Below, piece after piece: positions 62,782 through 64,000 of a stretch of 64,000 bases of DNA. Under the pieces are notes generated by a model. That model made no database searches, was not told the DNA's origin, and was given only the letters and a program-made list of their open reading frames with translations. Each line of letters opens with the position of its first letter. The first letter of the stretch is position 1. The position numbers and the translations under genes are program-made. Source of the DNA: an uncultured bacterium (GTDB taxonomy: Bacteria; Verrucomicrobiota; Verrucomicrobiia; Limisphaerales; UBA8199); NCBI GenBank assembly GCA_963749495.1, contig CAVVMW010000004.1, positions 576,001-640,000 of the forward strand, read 5' to 3'.

Positions 62782-62846
62782 TTTACACGGCGGGGATGCA
62801 GGAAGTTGGAAGGCTGCTGGATCGGGTGGTAACGCAGCCCAGATGA
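62782..62846 (+). pseudogene. 3' remnant of a qatC-like gene
   Basis: VYTAGMQEVGRLLDRV..* ends ATGA-coupled to qatD. Confidence 0.5.
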
Positions 62847-63604
62847 GGATGCAAGTGGTTGACTTTCATTGTCATCTCGATCTTTACCCGGAGCACGAGC
62901 GCGTCTTCGCCGCCGCTCGGGGGAGCGGTGTGGAGTTGCTCGCTGTCACTACGACTCCGCGAGCATCGGCTCACAATCTCGAATTGGCTGCCGGGACACC
63001 GACGATTCGCGTCGGCCTCGGGCTGCATCCTCAATTGGTAGGGCAACCCGTAGCGGACCTTCCAATGTTCAAACGACTTGCTTCCAAAACTCACTACATT
63101 GGCGAGATCGGCCTCGACGCCAGCCCCCAATACTACCGGTCTTTTCAGGCTCAACGCGAAACATTCGCCGCGGTGCTTCAAGCGTGCGTTCGAAGCGCGC
63201 CAAAGGTGCTCTCCATCCACTGCGTGCGCGCACACCGAGAACTCTTTCGGTTGCTCGAAGCGCATTGGTCTCCGGATGCGGGCACGCCTGTTTTGCACTG
63301 GTTTTCCGGCGGCCCGGCCGAAGCGCGTCGTGCTATCAACCTCGGGTGCTGGTTCTCGATCAATCCCGCAATGGGTCGCAGCGAGAGTGCCGCATGCGTG
63401 CTCAAGAGCCTCCCAATCGAGCGATTGCTTACCGAAACGGACGGCCCCTTTGTTTCAGACCATTCGGGGCGGGTCCTGCAGCCCGGCGAAGTTCTCGGCT
63501 CGGTTGAGCTCATTGCACGATGTCATTCTCGTCCACGCGCCGAAGTCGAAGCGGTCATCATGAAAAACCTTGAGCGCATCCGGGCCGCACTTCCTCCGGG
63601 CTGA
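62843..63604 (+). CDS. qatD: QatD TatD-family nuclease
   Basis: DFHCHLDLYP, AVTTTP, LGLHPQL, GEIGLD, LHWFSG, LTETDGPF. Confidence 0.9.
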   Translation: MRMQVVDFHCHLDLYPEHERVFAAARGSGVELLAVTTTPRASAHNLELAAGTPTIRVGLGLHPQLVGQPVADLPMFKRLASKTHYIGEIGLDASPQYYRSFQAQRETFAAVLQACVRSAPKVLSIHCVRAHRELFRLLEAHWSPDAGTPVLHWFSGGPAEARRAINLGCWFSINPAMGRSESAACVLKSLPIERLLTETDGPFVSDHSGRVLQPGEVLGSVELIARCHSRPRAEVEAVIMKNLERIRAALPPG

Positions 63605-64000
63605 GACGAATGCTCGAGGATTACCGTTCGGATTCGCATAAACCCTGAACACAACTTAATAAGCCAATGGCCAATCGTCTTGAAGACAGGATATCAGCCG
63701 TGTTCAGTGCATTTACCTCTACCAATCGGCCGTCAGGCGCGAGGAAAACCTAGATAGAGCCTGTCCCAAAAGAGAGCGGCCCGGAACGGCCGGGCCTTGC
63801 TGAAGCCGTGGCCAGGGGATAACCGGCTGATTTTGGCCAAAGCCGTCAAAATGGTCCTCTATAATGCCCGGGGGGCTTGGTTTTTGCGTGCCCGCCGCTT
63901 GGTGGTTGTCGGCGGGGGCTCCAGTCGAAGCAAGTGCAGTTCGCCTCGGTCCAGCAATTCCCATTGAACGTGATCTCCGGGGTTCAGGCCGATGGCCGCC

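Noticed and set aside
63750..64000. Possible IS end (GAGCCTGTCCCAAAA) near the window edge
   Set aside because: No partner IR or recognisable transposase within the window

Overview
GC-rich bacterial DNA that looks Verrucomicrobiota/PVC-like (prepilin-cleavage, LamG/Ig and Sel1 genes). It has five blocks. (1) 1-10.4 kb: secreted proteins plus a phosphatase/phosphonate-catabolism cluster, truncated inside phnW. (2) 11-18 kb: PadR-membrane pair, methylase remnants, and an integron (frameshifted intI, two attC sites). (3) 18-24.8 kb: gene fragments and a secreted LamG protein with an in-frame TGA followed by a SECIS-like hairpin (candidate selenoprotein). (4) 24.8-38.1 kb: a minus-strand array of about 39 hand-folded tRNA genes/pseudogenes covering all 20 amino acids, interleaved with HNH, SPFH and RtcB2 genes, tRNA-mimic RNAs and about 23 copies of a small hairpin element that inserts mostly at tRNA CCA ends. 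Every array tRNA has G instead of U at T-loop position 55, whereas two tRNA mimics keep the canonical TTC loop. (5) 39-64 kb: IS-riddled defence island (PHP-ATPase remnant; BREX brxB-brxC-pglZ-brxL without pglX; HEPN; Septu-like ATPase/HNH; Qat remnant). All calls were made by eye without database searches. Many single-base frameshifts may be long-read errors.
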